A stretch of 64,000 nt of DNA from Thelocarpon superellum (taxonomy: Eukaryota): positions 1 to 64,000 of the forward strand of contig JAPEUG010000048.1 of NCBI GenBank assembly GCA_026025795.1, given 5' to 3'. Below, in pieces: positions 1-10,863 of this stretch (positions are counted from its first letter, which is position 1; each line of letters starts with the position of its first letter). Position numbers and translations under genes: made by a program. Under the pieces are notes generated by a model. It saw only the letters and a program-made list of their open reading frames with translations, did no database searches and was not told the DNA's origin.

Positions 1-406
1 GGACGGTGGGCGTTTGTTTCCCGTCGATCGGAAGGGTTCGTATCCGGATGCAGGTCGATCTGAAACATGTGGTTTCATCTCGATCTGTGCTGACTGCCGG
101 ATCGGTGTTGTCGCAGTGCCGTCGATCGCCGAGCATTGTTGGGTTGCGGTAGGGACGGATCCGTGGTCTCCACCCATCCATACCACGGCAGTAGGGTACG
201 TGGGACCGTCAGCATCCCCGTACGACTTGAGCAACGACGGCCCGGGCATAAGCTGCATACCATGGCTCTAATCAGCCGATAAGATATACGTACAGAGAGG
301 CCCAGATGCCGATGCCTTTTCGGCACGCAAATAAGTTTTGCGATGCGGATCGGAGAGAAGCCGTCATGGCTTTGTATGGACGAGGACTCGCCAACTGGGC
401 TCGCCG

Positions 407-2389
407 CTACCACCGGCCACGTCGTTCCCACCGGCCGTCGCGGGGACCGGCGTCGCGCCAGGGGCCGCCCCTGCCCCCGCCCCCGCCCCCGCCCCCGCCC
501 CCGCCCCCGCCTCGACCGCTACCGTAACCTCCGCCTCGTCCCCTCCACGGCCCGCCGCCGAATCCACGATAGCCTCCGTGGCCGCGGGGACCGCCAGGGG
601 CCGGACCCCATCCTCCAGCGCTCCCTCCACCCACGTCCGCACCACGATCGACGATCACGTCTCCCTCCTCAAAGGTGTAGCGCCGGAGCTCGTCGCCTCG
701 CCGGCCCCCTAAGCGATGATCACTCGGTCGGGCCGCGTCGCGGGCCAAGGCGTGCAATCGCTTGTCGGCCAAGTCCTTAGCGACGGGCAGGAAGTAGAGC
801 TTCGGCTTGGCCGTCGTGGACTGGAAGTGCGTGTCCAAGGCCGAGAAGCCGAGTTCAAGGCCAGCGCGCGGGCCATCTGGTCCGGCCGCTCGTCGGGGGG
901 CCTCGCCCCGCGACGTATCGTAGGCCGCAGCGGCCGCGGCGGCCGCGACGAGTTGGCTACGCGGACCTACGGGTGCCCCTTGGACGCCCCGTCCCGCGCC
1001 CAGGTCGCGCCCGTCGACGTGGCTGGAGGATCCAACTTCTTGTAGGGAGGCGATGACATCGGCGGCGTCGCCATCTCCCTTAGTGTCAGCCGCGTCATAG
1101 ACCACCTCCCATCGCTTCCCACTGCGGCCGACCGCGGCGGCATTCTCCTGTTCGATCCAGGTCGGGACCTTTTCATCGGGGACGAAGTCGACCCACAGCG
1201 GCTTTCGCGTGCGCTCCTCGGGCCAAACGCGGAGATGCAACGCCGCCCGTACGCGCGAGGCGGCCGCGACGGTTCCAAAGGTGACTAAGGCATGGGTGCG
1301 AATGGTATCCAGATGAAAGATGGTCAGCACGTCGGGATCAGGCGACGAGCCCGGCGGGCTTGCCAGCGAAACGAGGTGCGCGCGAAGGGTGGGCGGGTGC
1401 AGGGGTCGCATGAAGTCGCGGATGTAGAGTGCGCTTGTAGCCGGATGGATCGACGGAGTCGACGGTGGGTCGGCCTCCTCGGCGCCACCAGGAGCGGTGG
1501 CATCGTGAGTAGGAGCGGTGTTGGATTGTTGGCTGGCAAAGAGCGATTGGAAGCGTGCGTCTTTGGGGCTTGATGCCCGTCGCTTGACCGATGGCGGGGC
1601 TGGTGTGGCGGCATCACTGTGAGGTGCAGTGGGAGGCACGGATAAGTCCACGCCCGCTTCATCCGTTCTCTTTGTCTCGTGTCCCCTCTCGCTGGGAGGC
1701 GCCATCTGCACGGCAGGCTCTGGCGCCGGCGCTTCATCTTTTGCGTCCAAAGCCTCCGCAGTCGGCTTGTCCTGTTCGTCTTCCTCGAAGTGTACCGTCG
1801 CTCCCTCTTCCTCATGCTTCGCTTTCTTCTGCGTCACGACCTCAACCTCAACGGTCGGGGCCGGTGTCAGGCTTCGCCGCTTTCGCTTTCTCGAGTCCTC
1901 TGCCGCATCTGCAACTTCCATCGACGCATCGGCCGACTCAGAGGGTGGCAGATGCGGCGGCGCGTCGGGGAGCGGCGCGTCCAGAGGTGGTTCTGGCAGG
2001 TGTGCTCCGTTGAGCTTGGGCGGCTCTGTGCTGGCAGTGGCATCGCTTGGTCCAGCATCTTCCCCTGCTGTCTGCGGCTCCTGCGACTGCTCTGTCGCTG
2101 GGGGCTCGATGCTTTGGTGTGCGACGGCTTCTACCGCTGGGCGTTCTTCGCGGACTGCCAGTAGCGGCTCGAGGATGGGCGGTGCAACGGCGGGATGGCC
2201 TTGGGACGCGACGGCGGTTGAGGTCTCCGGTGCCGGTAGCGGCGGTGCGACCTGAGCGCGCGCTTCATTTTGCGCCTCGGCGGCTCGCAGGCGTTCGATC
2301 AGGGCCGGTTTGAGTCCCGTCTGAGGTAGACCGCGCTTCTTAAGCTCTGCTTTCAGGTCGACGACTTTGAGTTTGCTGAAGTCGATCAT
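407..2389 (-). CDS. Acinus-like SAP-domain RNA-binding protein (ASAP/EJC-associated), apparently intronless
   Basis: ATG at 2389 opens a SAP motif (FSKLKVVDLKAELKKRGLPQTGLKPALIERL). It is followed by an RRM-like segment (ALYIRDFMRP...HALVTF...RVWPEERTRKPLWVDF), an RSB-like motif (LDTHFQSTTAKPKLYFLP) and an RG/poly-Gly tail. Confidence 0.85.
   Translation of the reverse strand: MIDFSKLKVVDLKAELKKRGLPQTGLKPALIERLRAAEAQNEARAQVAPPLPAPETSTAVASQGHPAVAPPILEPLLAVREERPAVEAVAHQSIEPPATEQSQEPQTAGEDAGPSDATASTEPPKLNGAHLPEPPLDAPLPDAPPHLPPSESADASMEVADAAEDSRKRKRRSLTPAPTVEVEVVTQKKAKHEEEGATVHFEEDEQDKPTAEALDAKDEAPAPEPAVQMAPPSERGHETKRTDEAGVDLSVPPTAPHSDAATPAPPSVKRRASSPKDARFQSLFASQQSNTAPTHDATAPGGAEEADPPSTPSIHPATSALYIRDFMRPLHPPTLRAHLVSLASPPGSSPDPDVLTIFHLDTIRTHALVTFGTVAAASRVRAALHLRVWPEERTRKPLWVDFVPDEKVPTWIEQENAAAVGRSGKRWEVVYDAADTKGDGDAADVIASLQEVGSSSHVDGRDLGAGRGVQGAPVGPRSQLVAAAAAAAAYDTSRGEAPRRAAGPDGPRAGLELGFSALDTHFQSTTAKPKLYFLPVAKDLADKRLHALARDAARPSDHRLGGRRGDELRRYTFEEGDVIVDRGADVGGGSAGGWGPAPGGPRGHGGYRGFGGGPWRGRGGGYGSGRGGGGGGGGGGGGGRGGPWRDAGPRDGRWERRGRW
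475..510. repeat. (CCCCGC)6 microsatellite encoding poly-Gly in the Acinus-like tail
   Basis: Perfect hexamer run seen directly. Confidence 0.9.
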
Positions 2390-3034
2390 GGTGCCGGTCG
2401 CGGGCTCGGGACGGGCCACCACGTCAACGGGTGATGAGGGAACGGTGGAGTGCAACGGTGGTGGCGGACATGGTACACGCTGAGGTTGTATGTCGGTTGT
2501 TTCGTATGTTTTGGGACGGAAGACGTGTTGCGCGATGTCTTTCGCACTCAGTAGTAGTTTGGTAGCGTAGCAGTATGTTCCTCGGAGGTGTCGGTACTTC
2601 CTACGTTGGCCAGCTGCATCGCGCTTGTTGTTGAGTGCGAGCGATTCGGGACGATTTTACGGCCACTGATGCATTTTCATCACGTAATATATGACTCACT
2701 TCCGGTGATCGGTACGAGGAGGGTTCGCGAGAGTCTGCCAGAGTTTTGGTGGAGCCGGCATGCCACAGCGAGCGCGGACTTCTGCTGCTCGTCTCGGTAC
2801 CACGTATCCTACGAGGTATGAGGTACCGCGGCTCCAGGAGAGACCCAGTGATTTCTTTCCTGTACGATTTCCCGTCACAAACCTCAAGTTCGGCCTTGCA
2901 TCCCGACAAGCTGCTTTCCTTGTCCTCTCTTAGTAAAACTTCTCCTTTATGACCCTTGCGCAACTATTGACGCGCGAGAAGAGGCAAAAGCCTCCAGTGC
3001 CATGATGCGCGTGTCAGATCGGGCCGACATTCTT

Positions 3035-4268
3035 TCAGCCGGCCGCCTTGATGGCGTGGCCTGGCTTCAAGCCAGCCCTCTCAGCTTCCATCTCTACCGC
3101 CAAGTCAATCTCGTCAACCAGGTGCTTTTCTGTGGGAAGCCAACGCAGTAGCTTTCGCGCCCGGATCGCGCTGCACCGCGAGTTGGCCCCCCAAAGGACT
3201 GGGCCTCCATGTCTCAGCTGACTGGCCTCCTCAGCCGTGACGGAAACAACTCGGTCATCCTTGATGAAGCCTTTGTGGTGTGCGACTGACGCCACCTTCT
3301 TTGACACGTCACCCCACACCTGTCGAGCTGCGTCAGCCGGGTGCCCTACCTCGGACGTGGAGCACGCTCACGATCTCTCCATGTTCCGCAAAGTAGTAGC
3401 CCTTGGGGCCCCACGTCGCCTCTCCCGCGCCTGCAACCGCATCCTCGACCAAGGCCAGGTAGACCTTGCTCAGATCACGTACGTGAACCTCGTTCCAGTA
3501 CGTTTGCCCCTGTCCCACCTGGAAGGCTTGGCCCCGCTCCAGCGTGAGTCGGATGAGATCGGGCAGTTGGATGCTGCGCTGGTTGGCCGGCCCCCGACCT
3601 TGTCCATAGATCGTCGGCGGACACACAATAGCCGTCTTGAGGGGACCCTTGAGGCTCTGTCCACTGGCAAGGACCACTTGATCCACATTGCGATGAAGGG
3701 CAGAGTCAGGCACGGACGTGACTTCAGTGACTCCATCCCAGTCATCATAAACCTTGGTAGACTTCCCTTCACCAAATGTGCCGCGATCCATATCCGCAAA
3801 CGTCAAGACGCCCGTGCCCGACGTGTGGATCCAATAACCAGTCTCGGATCGTTTGGAGAGACCAGCCGCGATCGCCTTGGCGGCAGCAAGGTTGTCGGCA
3901 TTGGCACAGTCTAAGCTCGTGCAAAGCAAGTGTCAGAGAACGGGTAACAAACAGGGCATGAGGCCACAGAGACGGGGGCCGGATGTACTCAAGACGATAT
4001 CAGCCTTGGTCGCTTCCTCCTCGACAATCTCTACGCTCTCGAGGGCCCCATAGACGAGCCGGACCTTGGGATACTGGCTGGCCACGAGCGCCCCACGATC
4101 GCTATCGCGGACAAGGCATGCTATCTCATATTCGGGATGTGCGTTGATGATTGTGTAGAGAACGTCGCCACCGATGTATCCGGTGGCACCGGTTCTAGCA
4201 GCGTTAATGTGAATCTACAAGCCGAAATTTGCGGCTTTGACTCACATGAATACCTTCGGTGCGGCCAT
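3035..4268 (-). CDS. NAD(P)-dependent epimerase/dehydratase (atypical SDR), 4 exons
   Basis: MAAPKVFI/TGATGYIGG Rossmann motif is split by intron 4195-4245. Further introns lie at about 3912-3988 and 3320-3371. The motifs YWIHTSGTG, IVCPPTIYG, VHVRDL and WGANSR are present. Confidence 0.85.
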
Positions 4269-4931
4269 GTTTGGAAATCACCAAGAGCTCTGGGTTCCGA
4301 TGGATTTACATCTATAGTTTTTATCGAACAAGATGACGATGCGAGGTCCGCCCTGATACGGTCTGGACTGAGAGGGGTCTAATGAATAATCATCCGAGAA
4401 AGCCGGGGGATGTCGATGTTGCCGCGCCAAACGATGACGACAGTGTTAGCTTGGATGGTGTCACGGGAAAGATATGCGTGCAGTCTGTGTACAGGAAGTG
4501 CTAATGATACCAAAAATAACGTAGCTGATCACAAGTCCACGTCCGGTTCAGCCTTTTCAAAAGGTCCTGCTGTGGTCCTATCGACAGCGGGAGGTTCATT
4601 CAGTCGCTGTGCATGAGGAAGCGCGGTAAGCGATCCCGAATTGCCGTGATCGCCAGCACTTCGTACTGTGGAGGCTCCATACAGGAGCTCGAGGCTTTTG
4701 ACTAAGCCGCCGCACGTGACCCACCATAGCTGTATAGTAGAACGACGGATAGCTTTTGTAGAATAGACCACCCATCTCCACTCTAGTTTTCGGGGTGCGT
4801 CAGTACCAAAGACGCAGTGGAGCACACGCCCGAACCGTCAATCGGAGTGGACTCGACCGCGAACTGTGCCCGATCCACCATGGACGAGCTCGCTGGCAAC
4901 GAGTAGATCCGAGTAGATCCTCGTAGCGGGG

Positions 4932-5922
4932 ATGGTCTCGTCTGTGCCCTCCCATCTCTTCAACCCGCTGGTGACGCTGGGGCAGCTCTCGTCGTCCGCG
5001 TCACAGATGGACGCGGTGCCCGCGGATCTGGAAATCTCGATCCGGTTCGCCGGATCGCAGCTCACCCAGGCAGCCGGCATCCTGCTGCGGCTGCCCCAGG
5101 ACATTATCGCTCAAGCCATCGTGCTCTTCACGCGGTTCTGGGTGGGACCCGACGGCGGTAGTCTCCGCCAATGGAATGTCAAGGTGCGCATCATGAACCC
5201 ACTCCTCTCCCCGCGCTACGATGGACCTTGGGCCCGAACTGACGCCCTTTTTTTCTCGACAGGATGTCTCAGCGGCGTCGATCTACCTAGTTGCGAAGCT
5301 CTCCGCGTACCCGCAAAGTCCGCGGAACATCGTGAACGTCTACGCCTACCTACGCTCACCCTCATCAGCCCTCGTGCGCCCTGCCCGGGACGGAGGTGCA
5401 ATATCGCCTCGCACTCTTGCGACGACGTACTACGTATCGGAGGGAACGTATCACGCTCAGCGGCAAATTCTGATGAACACGGAAGCGCACATCCTGCGGG
5501 TGCTGGGCTTCCAGACGCACGTGGCGCTGCCCTACGCCCTCGCCATCAACTATCTGCAGGCGTTGGACGTATTCCGCGGGCCATCGGGCAAGGTCGAGCT
5601 CTCGCGCCGTAGCTTTGCGCACCTGACCAGCGCGCTGCTGAGCCCGCAGCAGCTCTATCTGACGCATCAGCCCCCGGCCCTCGCGACCGCAGCTATCTAC
5701 CTCGCCGCGCGCGAAGTCGGGGCCAAGTTGCCCGCCGGAGCGTGGTGGGAGGTCTTCGACGTAGACCGGGAGGAGCTGGGCTTCTTGGTCGTGGCTATGC
5801 GCAGTATGGCCGACTTTGGCCTCGCGGAACGCGCCAAGTGGGGGACGCGAATGGTTCCCCTGACCGTCGACGATCTGGACGCAGAGATCCAAGACCGTCG
5901 AGACCTGGACGGCGAGGAATGA
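4932..5922 (+). CDS. Cyclin L-like cyclin; join(4932..5183,5263..5922)
   Basis: Cyclin box (LTQAAGILLRLPQDIIAQAIVLFTRFW; EAHILRVLGF; ALATAAIYLAA; WWEVFDV). The GT-AG intron has a CTGAC branch point and joins the two ORFs in frame. Confidence 0.85.
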
Positions 5923-6143
5923 TGCTCGCCACACTGAGATGGACATTGGCTTGATGTGACGTTATTTGATTTGGATCCAGCATCATAGCAAGCCATTGGG
6001 CCAGTGGCCCTCATTCAACTCAAATCCAGTAAAATACATGAACCACAACCTCCTCCTTTCCCATTCTCCTTCTCCTTCTCCACTCCCCTCCGTTCCTTTT
6101 CATTCGGACTGAAGGCCCCAAGGGACAAAACTGGGCGTGAATT

Positions 6144-7589
6144 CTATGGGAAACGCGTCCCGCATCCGCCGACCGGATGGAAGAAGAGGTCAAGGGCGCG
6201 GCTAAGTCGCTCCTGCATCCCCTGTCCCCGTTGCTGTCCCTCTTGCGGCGGCGGCTGAGGTTGTTGCTGGGGCTGGGGCTGGGGCTGGGGCTGGGGCTGG
6301 GGTTGCGGTTCCGCTTGCGGTTGTGGTTCCCCTTGCGGTTGTGGCTGTGGCTGAGGCTGAGGCTGCGGCCTTGACCCTTGGCCTTGACGATGGCGTCCGC
6401 GCTGGGGATGCCAATAAAGGGGATCTGGGGAATTGGGTCTGGAGGACACGGGAAGGGTCCGTGGGGCATGGCGTACGGAGAGCTCTCCGATACGGGTGTA
6501 ACGCTGGGTCTTCTCGGTGTCAGGGTTTGGGAGGCGGTTGCGTGCGCGCGCCCGCTGCGTCCTGCTCCACGGCCTCCATCTGATAATGGCGTCGAACTCG
6601 AAGCGCCCGAAACCTCGCACAACATCCGTGCCAATGTTTCGAAGCAGCGTATCTCGGACGCTTGCGTTTCCTTCTCGCAGATTGGCATCGATCTGCCATT
6701 GGTTCTCATCTCGAAAGCGGCGCAGCAGCGGCGGGTTTCCGTTCGCCGCCGGATCATCTGCAGAGTTATTCTCATTGCGGTAGTGTTCGTATAGCGCGCC
6801 CCAAAATAACCGGACCATACCTCGGCCGTCTGCCACGCGCGTGGGAGGTAGGTTGTACTCGATCATGAAGAGTCCGTTGTCGATCGCCCAGATCCGCCGC
6901 CTCCTCTCGGTACGCGAGTTCGGAGAGTCCACGACCTCAGATGTTTGCCCGGACCCGGAGGTAGGCCCAGACCCCGACCCCGACCCCGACGCAGTTCCAG
7001 ACCCGGATGCAGTTCCAGACCCCGACGTGGTTCCAGACCCGGACGCAGTCCCAGACCCCGACCGCGACGCCGACGCAGACATGAAGGCCCGTTCGTGCGA
7101 TTCCAACTCCGAGCATGCCGACTCAAATTCGGCATATGTCGCCACGTCGTTAAGTTCCTCATCGTGTTCCCACATTGGCCATGGGAGGTGCACGAAGGTT
7201 TGGTAGTTTGGATCCTGGTCATTGTTTGGCGGTGGCTCCGCTTCGGCCTTGCCCTTGCCTTTGCCGTTATCTTCGTCGTCGGACGTCGACACCATATCCC
7301 ACTCATCGTCTGATGAAGCCGATGGCTGATCTGGTGGCGAAGAGGGCGCTGGTTTTCGCGGATACAACCCCCGTTCATTTCGAGAGACGGACCGGAGAGA
7401 ACCACCTGGGCGGGGCAGGGTGAGCCGGCCATGCTGGGTCAATGAGACGGGTGATGCCAACGTCACATCTATGTTCCGTTCCGCGTCGTCCGAGGTGCCC
7501 GCGTGCACCTGGGTCATGAGCCAGGAGATGAGGGCCAAACGAAGGACGTAGCCTCGCACGCCGAGCCATCGGCGGGGTCCAGCCATCAT
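6144..7589 (-). CDS. Orphan secreted protein with Ser/Gly and Gln/Pro repeats
   Basis: 481-aa ATG ORF with a signal-peptide-like N-terminus (VLRLALISWLMTQVHAG). Its repeats preserve the reading frame. No family recognised. Confidence 0.65.
   Translation of the reverse strand: MMAGPRRWLGVRGYVLRLALISWLMTQVHAGTSDDAERNIDVTLASPVSLTQHGRLTLPRPGGSLRSVSRNERGLYPRKPAPSSPPDQPSASSDDEWDMVSTSDDEDNGKGKGKAEAEPPPNNDQDPNYQTFVHLPWPMWEHDEELNDVATYAEFESACSELESHERAFMSASASRSGSGTASGSGTTSGSGTASGSGTASGSGSGSGPTSGSGQTSEVVDSPNSRTERRRRIWAIDNGLFMIEYNLPPTRVADGRGMVRLFWGALYEHYRNENNSADDPAANGNPPLLRRFRDENQWQIDANLREGNASVRDTLLRNIGTDVVRGFGRFEFDAIIRWRPWSRTQRARARNRLPNPDTEKTQRYTRIGELSVRHAPRTLPVSSRPNSPDPLYWHPQRGRHRQGQGSRPQPQPQPQPQPQGEPQPQAEPQPQPQPQPQPQPQQQPQPPPQEGQQRGQGMQERLSRALDLFFHPVGGCGTRFP
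6256..6365. repeat. Hexamer repeats (GGGGCT and variants) encoding (QP)n
   Basis: Seen directly inside the 6144-7589 CDS. Confidence 0.85.
6950..7060. repeat. Imperfect 18-nt/6-nt tandem repeat encoding (SGSGTA)n
   Basis: About four units of the type gcagttccagacccggat/gtggttccagacccggac, plus cccgac hexamers. Confidence 0.85.
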
Positions 7590-9259
7590 CGTCGAACGGG
7601 GCGAGAGGAGAGAAAGGAAAAGGACGCAGCGCGGCCAAGTAGGTGACGAAAGAAGACCGTCAATGATTCATGGTGACTGGAGACGCCGCCCACAATGGTG
7701 CAAGGAGGCCGGCGGGGGAAAACAGGCACGACATTGCGATGTGCGGCCGGCCAAGCAGAGCTTGATTGTCGGGCCTGGGCACGACCGGGACTCATGGATC
7801 CAACGAGGCTCCTTTCGCAGTACCATAGTTGGCGCGTAACAGACCAAGGGGACAAGCTTCACAGGATGGTGGGTGCGTCATTTACTACCGTGCGTCCGAC
7901 CAGGCTCAGGGTAGACGGGCCCCATGAGACTCCGATCCGGGCCGCGGCCCCATCGACAGGGACTATGTTCGTCGCGGCTCACGCCTCTCAAGCGTGACGC
8001 CTGACCCCGGGAGATTGAGGTGCGTGCAGAGCATTCTGGCTGCGTCACCGTCAGGGCTTCAACATCCATGTCTACGGCGAGGCACCCAGGCCATCCATCG
8101 GATGGGCCAACGGCCAGATCGATCGCCAAAGTGGACGAAGCTTAAGTGGGCGAAGCTTGGAGGCGACGCGTTCCGCACAGGTGCGCTAATGCACCCCACC
8201 ACCTCCACCCAGCAACACTGAGTGACTTCCCTGACAGGCCGACGGAGGGCAAGCTTTGCCCGTGCGGTCTGGCCCCTTCGATTGTTCGACGCTGGGGAGA
8301 TTCGACAGGCATTCGGCCATTCGGGCCGTCTACTTTGGAGAATGGCCCTGGTAGAGCATTGGCGGAGGATCTGACAATGCATGGGACTAACCATGCACAA
8401 CGCGCCGTGCAGCAAATGTTTGCCTGCCGCTGCCCGGAAAGCTTCAATATCCTCTCGAGCTACGAGGTATATGCCCGCGAGGAACGGGCGTGTGCATTGA
8501 CTTATGGATTGGTGTTTCATGCCATCCGATCCGGATGCGTGACACCGGTCATCCTCCGCAGTCGCACCAGACCAATTAGAGGGAAATCGGATGTGCGGCC
8601 GCTGCGTGCTGGCTGATGCTGGGACGCTTGGATAACAACTCAACGCCAGCCGAACGGTCGGTCGAGGGGCAAGCGCGAAGACGCGTCGGACCAATGACGG
8701 GCATGGATGAGGTATTCGCAAGTCTAACTTCAGCCGTTTCCTCCTCTCCGATCCTTGCCCCGAAGGCGTGCGTGACGTTCCGGTACCTCATTCGGTGTGA
8801 GCCTCCAAGTGGGATTCGTTCATGTGACGTTGACCGTGCACGTTTGCGCCCTAGCGTAGCTTGATGAGCTGATGGGATTGTCTTCACCATACGCGCAGCC
8901 CTAAGGATTCGAAGCCGGCAGACGTCTTTGTCCTCCTCTCGTCGCCGAGGAGGGACTCTTTCCCTTGGGCTTCATTGGGCTTGGTGTCTTGCGCCATGGA
9001 GGCACCACTCAGCGCTCTATGCCGTGACCCGCCGCTCTCTCGGCATTGCGGCCGTGTCCGTGGATGGCAACCCGCACGGTGGCTGCAATGTGTGATGAAT
9101 GGCGGCCCCCCGTCGGAGGGTGCACCGTCCTGAATATCCGTGCTCTCCTCTTGTAGATCTTGATGCTACTGCTTATCTTCCGAACCACCCTCGTCTTCCA
9201 CGGCATCGTCCTCGGTCAAGCACGTTGCCACGAATCAGAGCTTCCCCACGTCGCCGACC

Positions 9260-10191
9260 ATGGGTCCGCGGGTGCCGTGGGCCGGCGTGTTGGCCAGTGT
9301 CTTGCTCTGGGCCGATGTCATGCGCGTGGCAGCGGAAGCCAGCGACACCGCGTGAGTCTTCCACTCGGGAGGGGGGGATGTTGTGCCGGTGCTGACGGAC
9401 ACTCTGACAGCTTCCACTACGTCGACGGCAAGCCCAACGCCACCATTGAATGGATCACGTATCGGGAGAATGAGCCGGAGCTGGCGCGTGGCGGGATGAA
9501 TGACAGCCAAAGCCAGCGGATCATTGCCCAACATAACCAGACCAGCCAGATCTATGAGCCAACCGTCACGACGGTCGACCGATGGCTGCCGCCGCTCGAC
9601 CAGACGGCTTACGAGACTCAGCGGATCGTGAGTGAAAACGCCGTCATCAACGTCCTCCCGCGCGACGGCCTGCAGACCCTGCTCTGGGAAGGCGATGAGT
9701 TCTGGATCCCAGCTTGTTCCCGCATGGCACTCGAGTTATCCCGATTCCAGATCCAGGGCGCAAACGTGGGACAGGAGGCGAACAACAGAGGAATCAAGAC
9801 GGTAACGATCAAGCATTATGGTTGGGACAATCACAACGCCCCAGTTGAGACCTTTCTCACGGTCAAGGTGGTCGACGAAGGCAGCCACGTGGCTAGCACC
9901 TTCTATCACAACTGTGCCTCGTGGTTTGGTGGCGTGCTCAAGGTTGCCTTCGTCATGTCCAACTCGTCATCCTCGCCATCCTCCTCGTCTGGTCCCCTCC
10001 AGCCGCTCATGATGAACGAGACGGACAACGCCACGGGGCAGAACAGTCAGACAACACTGGCCGTTCCTCCCTTCCTTGAGGGGACGGTGGGAGGCGTCTT
10101 GGCCATTCAGGCCGACGATCAATCCAACTTCACGCTCTGGGTGGAGCCAGCGGTGGGAGATGACAAGGATCAGACGTGCTCTGCACCGTAG
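9260..10191 (+). CDS. Orphan secreted protein; join(9260..9351,9411..10191)
   Basis: ATG 9260 gives a signal peptide (MGPRVPWAGVLASVLLWADVMRVAAEA). The 59-nt intron GTGAGT...GCTGAC...ACAG joins it in frame to the long ORF. Several N-glycosylation sequons are present. The 3' end could be extended through a GTAGGT donor at 10188. Confidence 0.7.
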
Positions 10192-10863
10192 GTTGTGAGG
10201 TCAGGGTGCATTCGTGGGAGCCTGGCGTTTACCGAGGAACCTATTCGGACCTCGTTCTTCTTGTTCCTGTGGCTGTTGAGAGATGCTGGCAGGCAGCGGT
10301 GCTGACCTCCACGAAAGTGGGGGCGTGTACTCGTACTCGTACTCGGATGAGGACGATTCGCTTGATAACCAGAATGGCCGAATTGGTCGTGTCAACTCCT
10401 TCAGGCTGAATATTTTCACCCCAGCTCACCTCCGCTCTCCTTCCCTAACCACCCGTAGCAGAGCTGTTGTAGAGCTTCCCATGATCAATGCCAGAGCTGA
10501 AGTCGATATCACAAGGCCAATGCTGAAGCTGAAGCTGATGTCCATCATAATCCACATCACGTCACATTAACTTCGATGCACCGGGGTGTGTGTAACATTG
10601 TGCTGCATTGCAGGCTGCCCTTGGCCCCACGTCCACATCAGCGACTAGAATGAGCGATACCAGCACATGACCGGACCCAATCTCGCAAGCTTCTTGAAGC
10701 TCTGAAGAATGCTTGGTTGTTTCGTTTCCGGACGACGGACCGTGACTTTCTCACTTCAACTATGCCCGCGTTGACCGGCACGGCGCTCATGCCTTCGAGG
10801 TGCGAGCGTTCGACTGAACTTTCGTAATCCCACCTCCAGCACCGTGTCCTCAGCTCCACCATC

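Noticed and set aside
1..265. Open minus-strand frames running off the left edge, with an ATG|GTATGC donor-like site near 263
   Set aside because: Could be the 5' end of a neighbouring gene, but I see no recognisable protein motif or convincing acceptor.
9160..9351. N-terminus of the ORF-track 343-aa call
   Set aside because: It reads through a clear intron; ATG 9260 in another frame gives a better model.
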